A stretch of 64,000 bases of DNA from the human T2T-CHM13v2.0 reference genome, Homo sapiens: the NCBI RefSeq assembly GCF_009914755.1, contig NC_060927.1, one strand, 5' to 3'. Positions 29,881 through 41,510 of the stretch are shown here, piece after piece. Numbering within the stretch: the first letter of the stretch is position 1; every line of letters starts with the position of its first letter. The notes under the pieces are model-generated. The model was not told the DNA's origin, ran no database searches, and saw nothing but the letters and a program-made list of their open reading frames with translations. The translations under genes and the position numbers were made by a program.

Positions 29881-30984
29881 GAATTATTTACTAAGTGCCT
29901 ACTATATTCCAGTCATAATTGTAAATGTCAATAATATAATCATACTACAATAGGCATAACAGATTCAAGTTCTGCTACAATGAAGCTTACTACAGTTTAG
30001 TGGAAGACACAGATATGAATCAAAGAATGAGATATATGCAAAATTACGACCATGAGAAGTATGTGGTAGCTGATCTAATTAACCTCAAGAAACCTAAGTT
30101 TAAGCTGAGTTTTTAAGGCTAGGTGAAAGTTACCCAATTGGGAAGAAAAAAAGAGAAAATGTGATGTAGTGTGATTGGGATAGAAACATTTTCCTGGCAG
30201 AGAAAGTGTTTGCCAAGGTCGTGTGGCTGGAGAGGATGTAGCATGTGGTCTACTTTGGAGGCTTTTGGTGCCATAAAGAGAAAAATAAAAATTGTCTGCA
30301 AAAGACCTGGTAATAATAACAACAATAGGCACAGAATACCGTGTTCTACATATTGTTCTGAAACCCTTTATAAATAATGATTAATATATTTACATCTCAC
30401 ACTAACTTTGTGAGAGAAGTGGCATTATCCACATTTATAGATGTAGAATAAAGAACATTAAGCAATATGTCCAGGGTCAGAGAGCCATGAAGTGTCAGAA
30501 CTAGGATATTCCACGAGACTGACACTGTGCAGGGCTCTTCTTTGCCAGTAGGCTAACCTGCTTTCTCTTACAATGAAGTGGAGTTCCCTAAAGGGGTAGA
30601 TAACAAAAGGTTGACATATGTCTTTCTCATACCCAAGCCTGCACTGAGGCATGACTCCCAAGAAAACCACGAATTAACAAGACCCAAACTCAAGTAACCC
30701 AGAAGTAAACAAGTTTTAAACCTAGCAATAATGTCACTCATGTGGCTAAAGTCTACCATAAATGGCGTGGCTTATATCTTCAAGGATCCTAGATTTACAA
30801 TTCAGGTAACAGCCCACAGGAATTGGAATGAGTTTTTTTTTTTTTTTCTGATAGTATAAACAGTGTACTTTATAATGTTCCCCCCTTTTGGCTTTGGTTA
30901 TTGGGAAAAATAACTAGCAAGTTCTCTGTGGCCCTGTAATTTCAATTTGCTTTTCCTTCAACTGGCTTTCTAATCTTAATATTG

Positions 30985-31710
30985 TTTTTATATTTATTTT
31001 TACATAAATATGCATTTATACTCTACATAGATTTTTACATTGTATACACTATATATGCATTATATATTATATACATGTATTATATGCATATCATTTACAT
31101 ATTATATATTAAATACATATTTTTATATATTATAAATATATATTTGATATATATTACATATATTTAATATAAATATATTTTATTTTTATATATTATATAT
31201 TTACATATTTATATTAAATATATATTTTTATATGTTTTATATATATTTAATATATAATAAATATTAAATATTTATATTTATATTTATATTAAATTATTAC
31301 ATATTAATATATAAAATATTACTATATTAGTGTATTAATTATATTAAATTATATTTAATATAATATATTAAATATATAAATATATATTTTATATAAATAT
31401 ATAATTATAAATATATATTTTATATAAATATATAATTATAAATATATATTATAAAATATATAATACATATTCATATAATCATTCAATAATCATTTACTCA
31501 ACCCAGCAAACCCATTACTAAATTATATATATTATTATAATTATATGTAATATATAATTTAGTAATAATTATAATATATATTATATATAATGATATATAT
31601 CATTTTATATATATAATGATGTGTATATATATAATGATATATATCATTTTATATATAATGATGTGTATATATATATAATGATATACATATAATACACATA
31701 TATAACACAT
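30985..31710. repeat. ~720-bp AT-rich (TA)n low-complexity tract with internal tandem units
   Basis: Almost pure A/T, with repeated units such as aatatatattttatataaatatataattata and tatatataatgatgtgtatatatataatgat. Confidence 0.95.
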
Positions 31711-31872
31711 AATGCAGCACCTACTAGGTGCCAGTGCCAGTGCCAGGTTCAACCTTAGCAAGCTCTGCATGGGGTGCAAAGATGGATAATGCACAGTTCC
31801 TGTCCCTGGCCTTGAAAGCTTATTAAAGTCAGTAGGCTTCAAATGAGAAAGAACTTTTAATGAAGGAAAAAT

Positions 31873-32715
31873 AAAAGTGGGTGAAGGATATGAACAGACA
31901 CTTCTCAAAAGAAGACATTTATGCAACCAACAGACATATGAATAAATGCTCATCATCACTGGTCATTAGAGAAATGCAAATCAAAACCACAATGAGATAC
32001 CATCTCATGCCAGTTAGCATGACGATCATTAAAAAGTCAGGAAACAATAGATGCTGGAGAGGATGTGGAGAAACAAGAAAGCTTTTACACTGTTGGTGGG
32101 AGTGTAAATTAGTTTGACCGTTGTGGAAGACAGTGTGGCAATTCCTCAAGGATCTAGAACTAGAAATACCATTTGACCCAGCAATCCCATTACTGGGTAT
32201 ATACCCAAAGGATTATAAATCATTCTACTGTAAAGACACATGCACATGTATGTTTATTGTGGCACTGTTCATAATAGCAAAGACTTGGAGCCAACCCAAA
32301 TGCCCATCAATGATAGACTGGATAAAGAAAATGTGGCACATATACACCATGGAATGCTACACAGCCATAAGAAAGGATGAGTTCATGTCCTTTGCAGGGA
32401 CATGGGTGAAGCTGGAAACCATCATTCTCAGCAAACTAACACAAGAACAGAAAACCAAACACTGCATGATCTCACTCATAAGCGGGAGTTGAACAATGAG
32501 AACGCAAGGACACAGGGAGGAGAATATCACACAATGGGGCCTGTCGTGGGGTGGCGGGCAAGGGGAGGGAGAGCATTAGGAGAAACACCTAATGTAGATG
32601 ACAGGTTGATGGGTGCAGCAAACCACCATGGCACGTGTATACCTATGTAGCAAACCTGCATGTTCTGCACATGTACCCCAGAACTTAAAGTATAATGAAA
32701 AATAAATGAATAAAA
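31873..32715 (+). mobile_element. 5'-truncated L1PA (L1PA7/8-like)
   Basis: ORF2 C-terminus [13 protein letters not shown]...[30 protein letters not shown] plus 3'UTR. TSD aaaaataaaag at 31867-31877 and 32712-32722. Confidence 0.95.
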
Positions 32716-34299
32716 ATAAAAGCTGAACTTCCCAAGTCATTAAATAGAAATTCAAAATACTGATGAGGAAGTCAAATCAAAGAAGAGCAACAGAGCTCAA
32801 CAAGAGAAGACCTAGTGAAGTCAAAAGAGGGGAATGAATATGAGGTGGGAAGTGTTGGCAGCATAAAGGAAAGGACGGACCTGCAGAAGGAGACCTTGTG
32901 TTCCACTACTGAGGAACTTGATTGGAAATCATGCTTTGAACAGCCCCGTCAGTGATTCCAAGCACCCCAGTTTCTGTATGCCAATTTTGTCATCTACAGG
33001 CATCTCCACCCCACTAGGGGGCTAAGGGAATTAATTATAATTTTGATCAAGTGCTTTGAGGTACACAAATAAAAGGACCAGTGAATATAAACTATTATGA
33101 TGTAAAAAATATTTTTAAAAACTATTGCTCACCTTTATTAGTTTGGAGGTATAGACAGTAGCCCCCAGGCCTATTTTTTGCACTTAAGCAATGTATCTAA
33201 CATGTGAGCATACACATACAACAAGCCCAACATCCAGGCCATACACACAGCATGCATGAACATGCGCAGAGACCCAGACACACATAAGCCACCAAAAGGG
33301 TCTAATCTGTATGCAAGAAGAGGACAGATGCTAAAGTGTGCATGGAGTGGGCAGCTCAGTTGTTCATTTTTAGAACCCTAGAAGCTTTCCAAGTTCTACA
33401 TGCTGTATAGCATACAGAATTGAAGCACTGAAAATAGCCCCAAAGGTGGAGGGTATTAGGAAGACAAAAAAAGCCATTTGTTTATCTTTTCTCTGTTGAA
33501 AGTTTTGACCATGTGCTTGATCAGACTGTTCTGTCTGCTAAAGACATCTACATAAATGGCTCCAAAGTAAAAGTCCCAAAGAGCTGTCCAGAGGGCCTCT
33601 GTGGCAAAGGAGCTTCAGATGGGAATCCCCAAGCTTTGCTGACATCACCTGAAGGTCAAGCTCCCAAATCTGGAGGTGCACCTCCCCTACCCCTTCACTT
33701 GGCTAACGAAGGTCTACTCGTCCTGTAGATCTCACATAGCTGTCACTTTCTCAGAAATCATTTATTGGCCACCCAGCTAGGTCAGTTTCTTCTTAAATTC
33801 TCTCTTCATACTCTGTACACTGCTTGGAAGTTAATCAGAATTGTGACTGCTATTGTTTAACTGCTAAATGTCTTGTACTAAAATATAAGATTCCAGAAGA
33901 TAGTGCCCATGTCTGTCTTGTTCACTGGATGACTCCGTAGCACAGTGCACTCATTCATTCTCAAGTAAATGAATGAATGAAATCTTGTGATTTCAGCCTT
34001 CAGCCTCTGGAATCTAGCTTCACTTTCTTTCCTGGATCCTGCTCTAGTAAGCCATTTTTTTTCAGCTACATACTATTCAGGGTAAGGCTAACAACTCTGT
34101 AATTGAGGTGGTAAAGATAGGGTGAGTGCAAACTATTTACCCATATCAGCAATTAACTAACACAAATTGGCACGTAGTTCACAGATCAGGCTGTCATCAA
34201 AATATACAACTACAGGATTTTAATGCACACTAAAATCTTTTCATTCCTATTGTCTGTCTTATTCAGTGATTCAATGTACCTTACTGGCACTAACCATTA

Positions 34300-34770
34300 A
34301 AATCATGTATTGAGGACCTATTATGTGTCAGGTACAAGATATATCCCATTTAAGTCCCAAAACAAGCTTGCAACATTAACCAATAAGAAAACTGTGGCTC
34401 AGAAAAGTTAAAATTTGCCCAAGGTCACAATCAGTAAGGAGATGAGTGGAATATAAGCCCAGCTCTCTCTGAATCTGAAGGCCATGCTCTGGCAATACTC
34501 TCTCATTTCTCATCCTATAATAAGATGTCTGTGGAGAGTGTGGGTATGCCCTGACTGGCTCGATTTGAATTCCAACCCTGCCATTTACTATCCATGAGGC
34601 TTGGGCAAGTTTCTTGGGCTCTCTGCTGTCAATTCCTTTGTAAAATAGATATACCAGCAGTATTCTCCTAATGGACGTTGTTTTAAGGATTAAATGAGTA
34701 CTAAGTACTCATTTAAGTACTAAGTACAATGCTTGGGACATGATAAACAATCAGTATTAGCCCCTTTTTG
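34300..34770. mobile_element. Two MIRs in opposite orientation
   Basis: gaaaactgtggctcagaaaagttaaaatttgcccaaggtcac (reverse) and gaggcttgggcaagtttcttgggctctctg (forward). Confidence 0.7.
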
Positions 34771-35329
34771 GCCTGTGCCTATCGTCATTATTATTATTAA
34801 CAATATTATGTGCATACTATTAATTATGCCACTGAACTGCCTCCCTTTGGGATGAAAGAACCAAATGTACTTGGAACAATGTGTCCACCTTACTCTTCCA
34901 AACAACCCAAGATGAAAAGATTTTTCTTTTCTTTTTGTGCAATTTCAGCAAGCATTCACTGAGCCCTTTAATAATGGGCAAAACAGTCTACTACTGGGAG
35001 AAGACCACTTCCTTACTCTTCAGAAAGAGATGGAGGCTGGTCATAAGCTTCACCTACAGAAATTCAGTAAGACAGAAATAGGAATTCAGTGAAGCAGAGC
35101 TTAGCATGGATCCTCCTAGTAGGCAATCCTACGGTGTTACTCTCCTGTTCAACTTCTGGCTCTTGCATTGGCTCTAGTAGTAGTTTGAGGAAAGGAGCCA
35201 GGACTTACGGTCTCCCACCCTTGGTTTAAAAAAAGAAAAGAAAAGAAAAGAAAACCTGCTTACATTTCTTTTATGTATTGGGTTTTTCTCTAAGTCTATT
35301 TGATCAAAGTGTTCTACTGAGAAAACTAA

Positions 35330-36070
35330 AAATTAAAAACCTTGTAAACTCCTTGTCACAGTATTAAATTCCTTCATGACCTGGCCCCTCCTAATGTGTC
35401 TAGATTCATCTTGTATCAACGCCTTCTTGGCACTTTTAACCTCGAAACTAAGCTATGTGCAGTTTCCAGAACATGCCCTCTCAGCCTCATGCCTTGGCAC
35501 CGGCTGTATTCTTGGCTGGAATGTCCTCACCTGACTGTCCTCCTGGGCTTCCTCAGTGAGGACTGTCTCCTCACAGTTCCGACAAACTTTACAAGTAACG
35601 TTATTTACACATTCTACAGCCTTGTTATAAAGTGTATAAGCTTTATTTATAAATATTTAGGGCAAGGTTGTGTTACTGTGAGCAGGCAAAAGACCATTTT
35701 TTTCATCTTTAAATTTCCAGTGCCTATCATAAAGTAGATTTTAGTAAATGTTTGTTGAATAAATCAATGAAAAAAGAATCACATGAAATTAAACACTACA
35801 TGAATTGAAGACTGAAAACAATGTGGTTAAGAGGATAGACTTAAAGGATGGGGTTACATTGCTCAGGCTGAAATATTCACTCCTTCCTTTGGCAGCCATG
35901 TTACATTGAGCAAGATACTTAAAATGCCTGGCTTTCACATCCTAAAATGGGGCTAATCATGGAACCTGCTTGGTTAGCTGCTGAAAGGATCAAATGAATT
36001 AATATATAGAAAGTATTTTAAAGAGTTCTGGCACGTAGTAATCACTCACTTAGTGTTAGCTACCATTATT
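35330..36070 (+). mobile_element. L2 3' fragment (~35330-35770) followed by a MIR (~35815-36070)
   Basis: L2 end gtaaatgtttgttgaataaatcaatga; MIR end gttctggcacgtagtaatcactca...tgttagctaccattatt. Confidence 0.65.
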
Positions 36071-36164
36071 ATTCTTTTTGATAGGAATATAAAAAATGTA
36101 ATTAGAGAAACACTTTACTTAAGGACCAAATCAGTTTTGAACACACTCACTATAATATATGATA

Positions 36165-36625
36165 TTATAGTCATAGAATTCTCCTGTTTTTGCCCACCCA
36201 GCATCTTTCCCACTCTTTTCTATAATAACTCTCAGGTTTTTCTTTGAGAAATCAACTCTCTCCAACTCTCAGTCCCTGCGGTAGGTTCCAGAGCCAGGCA
36301 TCCAGCCCAGGCGTGGACTGGAGAGTAAGGAATTGGCCCAGGGATGGGGACATGGTCCAAGCTGGACCACTGATATTCAGACTGGCACCTTTGCTGGGAC
36401 CAATGGCAATGAGGTAGTGAAAACATGAGCCTGCAGCTGCTGCTGGGACGAAAGCAGAGCCCACAGATGGAGAGAGACAAAATCCTGATCATGTTAGGTG
36501 ACTTCTCTGCATCCTGCTGAGGTTTTTGTTGTTTTAATTCATACAAGCTAGTAAATTCCCTTTTCAGCTTCATTCAGTTTGAGTGGCGGTTTGGTACTAC
36601 AACCCCAAATGTCCTGAGTAGTGTA
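36165..36625 (+). mobile_element. MLT1(K/L)-like LTR
   Basis: Resemblance by eye (ggacatggtccaagctggacca; taaattcccttttcagctt...cagtttgagt). Confidence 0.55.
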
Positions 36626-36849
36626 ATCACAACCAGTCATTGTAAAGGCAAAAGCTTACAATATTAGTATTTCATTAAGTCCTATATGCACTTCAGGGTG
36701 TCACTGTAAAGGGACTACTTTACACTAGGAATTTTTATCCAAATGAAAATGGGGATTATTTACAGGGTTATCAAAAAAAAAACCCCACAAAAAACCATAG
36801 CTCCTTCACACTTGGTGGCCAGAAAGAAGTAAATACAAGACCCTAGAAA

Positions 36850-37018
36850 AGTGGTACTCTCATTTTGATGTGTGTGACACTCTGAGGAGTTTACAGAAAA
36901 GGCAGATTTTGAGGCTACCCCAGAAATCCTGCAGCAGGCCCAGGAATTTGCATTTCTCATGAGTACTTCAGAGGTGCTGACTGCCCACTGATGCTGATGG
37001 TCCACTTTAAGAAACACT
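36850..37018. mobile_element. MER5-like hAT-Charlie MITE
   Basis: Ends agtggtactctca / ttaagaaacact; internal ggcccaggaatttgcattt. Confidence 0.65.
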
Positions 37019-38394
37019 ACCTGGGAGGGTCCAGCTCCTCCTAGATGCCGTAGGTCAATCTAGAGCGCAAAAATCCAGCTGAGAGGTAAATCCCAGACTG
37101 TGACAAAATGGGGAAATTTCCATAATGATTTCAAACTATAAGATCTTCAAGGCCTACTCTGAGTTTAAGCACAAATTCTGAAGCAAATGTTGGCAAATTT
37201 GGAAGTGTTTCAGCTCTAAAAATGGAAGGATATAAGCATTATATCCAGTTCTCTCAATGGCTGTTTTATACCAAAAAGGAAGTGATATAGAATAAAAACA
37301 ATAATTTAAAAATTGATGTCAAGCTTATGGCTTTATCAGTTTTATAACAATAAACTATAGTAACTTTGTAGTAGGTCATAGCATGTAATTAACAAAGACG
37401 ACCTTTGAGAATTCATTTCAGTTTTTTAACAGAGCAACCATAATGAGTACAATTATAATAATTGGTAAGAAGCTTTTACAGCATTCTGTAATACACAATA
37501 GACAACATGGCAAAATAGAATAGACTGTCTTCTAAAGGCACCACGTGAGTTTCACAAAGGAAATCTTATGTTGACTGTGATGTGTAAGGGGGTGATACAA
37601 AAGTCTCTTGATGCCACATCAGACACCACAAAAATAAGAAAACCATTTCCTGATGTGCATCCATGTTTGCCTTCGTTAAAAGTCAGTGGTTAAATAATCA
37701 TCAATGACATGACTGAATCACAGAAAAACTATCTAGCCCTCCTCAATAGGAGTTCCCCAAGAGAATTAAGCCTAAATACTATAAAGCATCCACTCTATGT
37801 AATGGATTGACACTCCTTTGCATGTAAAATGGCCTTACCTCTGTACCCTCCTTGGAAGAACTGAGAAGGCAGTCTCTCAAATCATCTTCTGTAGAGCTTA
37901 GATGCTTAATGAAACCCAGTTTAGAAAGACTAACTGACATTCCTTAAGCTGAAAATACATGTTCTGGGAAAAATAACTGTGTAACTTTTAATTCCAAGCA
38001 AGGTGGTCTAGCAATAGTGGTTCTTGAGTAGTTTCTGGTTCTACTTGTGAGGCTTTAAATTGTTCAGAGTCATACTTTGAACATCAACACACATTTTATG
38101 CCCCAAGATTAATGACATCAGTGGAACTCTCAACTGTAGTTCTTCAAAACCACACAATAGAATTTAATATACAGCATGAATGTCTTGGACTCCTTCCACA
38201 ACCATTAATTGTTAAACTGCCAAGCTCATCTCATTATGCAGAGATCCTATTCAATCCAAGGAAAATACAGTAGTATGACTTCAGCTGAATTGCAAAACAA
38301 ATTCTGATTTGTTCTGTGGTTGGAGCTTTGTAAAATGTTTACACGTTTATAATGGGTTTCTATGTAGAGACTGATAGTATCTGATTTTAATTTT

Positions 38395-38875
38395 TGTGTC
38401 AGATCCTGCTAATCGACCATTCCAGTATCCACTCTCCCTTCATTTCTGACTGATAGAATCTGGATTTTTAAGTAGACACATTAGTAGAATAAAAGACTAC
38501 ATTTTCTAGCTTCCCTTGCAGCTAGATACAGGCAATGAAAGCAGAAGTAAGTAGTAATGTTGTATGGAAGTAGAAAATATTTCACTGGAAGGGGCTCATT
38601 TGTACCCTTCTGCTCCCCCTGCTCTCCCTTTTTTGCCTGCCATAAAGTGTGATCAGTGGAAATCCAATAAATATTTTGAACCATAAAGCAACCTTAACTG
38701 TGGAGGCCATGCATTAGAATGATGGAGCAGAAAGATAAAAACATCCTTCACTCTACCATATCACTGACATACATCCCTAGGCTGTCCACCTTTACACTCC
38801 TTTAACATGAGAGCAAGACACTTCTATTATGCTTAATCCTCTGTTATTTAGCGTTTTCTTAAACTGAATTAATAT
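38395..38875 (+). mobile_element. ERVL/MaLR-type solo LTR relic (LTR16/LTR33-like)
   Basis: actacattttctagcttcccttgcagctag and cttctattatgcttaatcctctgttattt motifs. Confidence 0.5.
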
Positions 38876-40066
38876 AAGGCACATACAGTTTATTATTCAG
38901 TAAAGGCCAGGTGAATTAATAAACTAATTGGGACTAAAAATTTGAACTTTTGTAATACCTAAAACTTAAATAATATATTTAAGACAAATAAAAAGAATTA
39001 GTACTTTATCTAAATGGTAACAAAAATACAGGAACAAAATATTTTACTGGTCAAAAATATATACAACTTAAAGAGGAATTTAGATCAATAATAAGTCAGT
39101 ACAATGTGTGGTGTAAACAATAATTAGTGAAACGTGTATTATGGTAGGTAACTATCACATAACATATACTTATCTAAGGTAACAAAGTGAGCCCAAAAGG
39201 TATGGGTTGAAGTTTGACATACAGACATACTGTGTGTCTTTCTTATTTATTTATTTTTTTCTTATTTGTTTTTCTTATTTTCTTTTGTGTGACTCATTCA
39301 TTCTATGTCTATTTATATTGAATAATCAACTTCTGGGCTGAATGGAAGACTTTGGTCTTTTAGCTTTCATGTACAGCAGACAGACATCTTAGAAAAATCC
39401 CCAGGACAACAGAAAATTATTAACATGCCTTTGATGTCCAGTGAATCCTTTCGAGTCAGATTTTTGCTGTGTACTCTTGAAAAGGCATTAAAATATTTTA
39501 AGTAGGCTTAGCAAAAGGATCGAAAACATTAGATTGTATTTAAAATAAAATCTATTTCTTAGATTGCTTTTGATTATCCAGGCAGAAATTTTGTTTCATT
39601 GTTGCTCTATAATGATAAGAATTTGTGTTTATTGTGATTATTTGGTCAGTAATATTTTGTTTTGGGAAATATTCATGTTAAATATCCTACTAGGATCTTA
39701 GAGCCATCCAAGCTCCTGTCTACTCCAGTGGTAGGCAGACCTTTGGGAAAACAGTTAAGACTCATTTCTTCTGTATAATCTCAGTATTATTCATTTAATA
39801 CCTTCACATCCTTGTTCTGCATTCATATGCAAATATCTGTGGTTGTGTTTATGTAAATTATTGGCAAACAGTATTCACTCTAACTACATAAGGCAGTGTG
39901 TAGGTATCAAATTTAATTAGAGTGATGTACCCATGATCTCTTCAGTCAGCTACTGCATACTCTTCCTTATGTTAGCCACAAGTGGGGAAAGATATTAGAT
40001 ATTTAGGGAGATTATTTTTCTAGAAAACAATTTTTTTCTATCATTAACTTCTCTATTACAAATATA

Positions 40067-40434
40067 GAGATGGTCCCTCATTTACAATGGTTCAACTTAC
40101 GATTTTTTTTGACTAACAGTGGTGTGAAATCAACATGCATTTGGTAGAAATCATACTGCAAGTACCTGTACAACCATTCTGTTTTTCACTTTTGCTATAG
40201 TAATCAACAAATTACATGAGATAGTCAACATTTTATTATAAAATAGGCTTTGTGATAAATGACTTTGCCCAACTGTAGGCTAACGTAAGTGTTCTGAGCA
40301 TGTTTAAGGTAGGCTAGGCTAAGCTATGATGTTCAACAGGTTATGTGTATTAAATGCATTTTCAACTTAACAATATTTTCTACTTATGATGGGCCTATCA
40401 GGATGTGAACTCATCATAAGTCAAGGAGCATCTG
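40067..40434 (-). mobile_element. MER47A-like Tigger-family MITE
   Basis: Degenerate TIRs (agatggtccctcatttacaatg / catcataagtcaaggagcatctg); internal aggtaggctaggctaagctatgatgtt. Confidence 0.8.
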
Positions 40435-40469
40435 CATGGCTATTGAGATGGCAAAATAAAGACACTTAC

Positions 40470-40526
40470 CCCTGTGACATCCATAACCTTGATGGCTGCA
40501 AGCTGGCCCGTTTTGACATGACGACC
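40470..40526 (-). CDS. TNIK: TNIK coding exon (exon 3, 57 nt, phase 0-0): GRHVKTGQLAAIKVMDVTG, includes the catalytic beta3 lysine (AAIK)
   Basis: Manual translation of the reverse complement. Acceptor ...ttttcttcacag, donor gtaagt. The peptide matches the TNIK kinase N-lobe and joins the next exon in frame. It is missed by the ORF track because it is short. Confidence 0.97.
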
Positions 40527-41339
40527 CTGTGAAGAAAAAATAATAACAAAAGATTTAGTTCTGATGATGAATAGTAGCATTCAATTCCAACAATAAAGAA
40601 AAATTGCTTGGATCAGTGCTGTACTATGTCAATGGGGGGAGAGAGAAAGACAGACACACACAGAAACACCATGTCTACTTAGTGTTTATTTTGTAAAACG
40701 TCCCCAGTCACTTTGTTTATTTTCACAGTGGGTGTCAAGTCAAATAAAAAATGCAATGTTGAACAATTTGGTTCTAACTCCTCTCCAAGGCATTTGACAA
40801 GAGCTTATATGAGAGGAGGATTTATGTCGAAGGGGAGCTAGGCCTGCGTGGAAGAATACACAAGTATCTCTCTGTTAGAAAACACTCGGTAGATGAAGAA
40901 ACTTTGGTTTCTTTCATTCTTAAAATATCCTGTGATGGTTTTAACTGGATATGATTCTGCTATAATTCACCTGAGATTGTTCATTTATCTTTATCTTAAA
41001 AGGGAGCCTAAACTAAAACAGATAGCAATCAATCCAAATTTGTGATCAAGGAGACAGTGTTGAACATTAGGAACTGCTTCCCCAAGGTGGGCTCTTTTGG
41101 TCTTTAGAACCACAGTGAAGCAGCAACCACGTGGCAAAATCAGAAACGAGTAGGGAGCGCCAAGGGGGCACTCTCAGAAGAGAATTATTTTCTCTTTGTT
41201 TGCTCCTTGAGAAAACACAATGTCTACATGTGACTCTCAGACAACAGCAAAGATGGTCATACTCACTACTTTTACATGAATTTTATATATAGCTTCCAAA
41301 ATACATTTTACTTATTGCTGCTATCAGGCAATAAAATAT

Positions 41340-41510
41340 AGCTTCTAAGATCAGCTGGGTTCAAAACCTAGCTGCATGACCTTAGGCAAGCCCCTCAACC
41401 TTCCAAGCCTCAGTTTCCTCATCTCAAAAACTGAAATAATAATAATACCTAATGCATAGAATTGTAGTGAGAACGATATGAGATCATGTATACAAAGTAC
41501 TTGACAGTGA
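41340..41510 (+). mobile_element. MIR SINE
   Basis: tgaccttaggcaagcccctcaaccttccaagcctcagtttcctcatct. Confidence 0.8.

Noticed and set aside
31881-32650. ORFs of 78-123 aa (also 54038..54424, 9477..9692, 5365..5825)
   Set aside because: Fragments of L1 ORF2 or 3'UTR in 5'-truncated, stop-interrupted elements; they cannot encode a functional protein.
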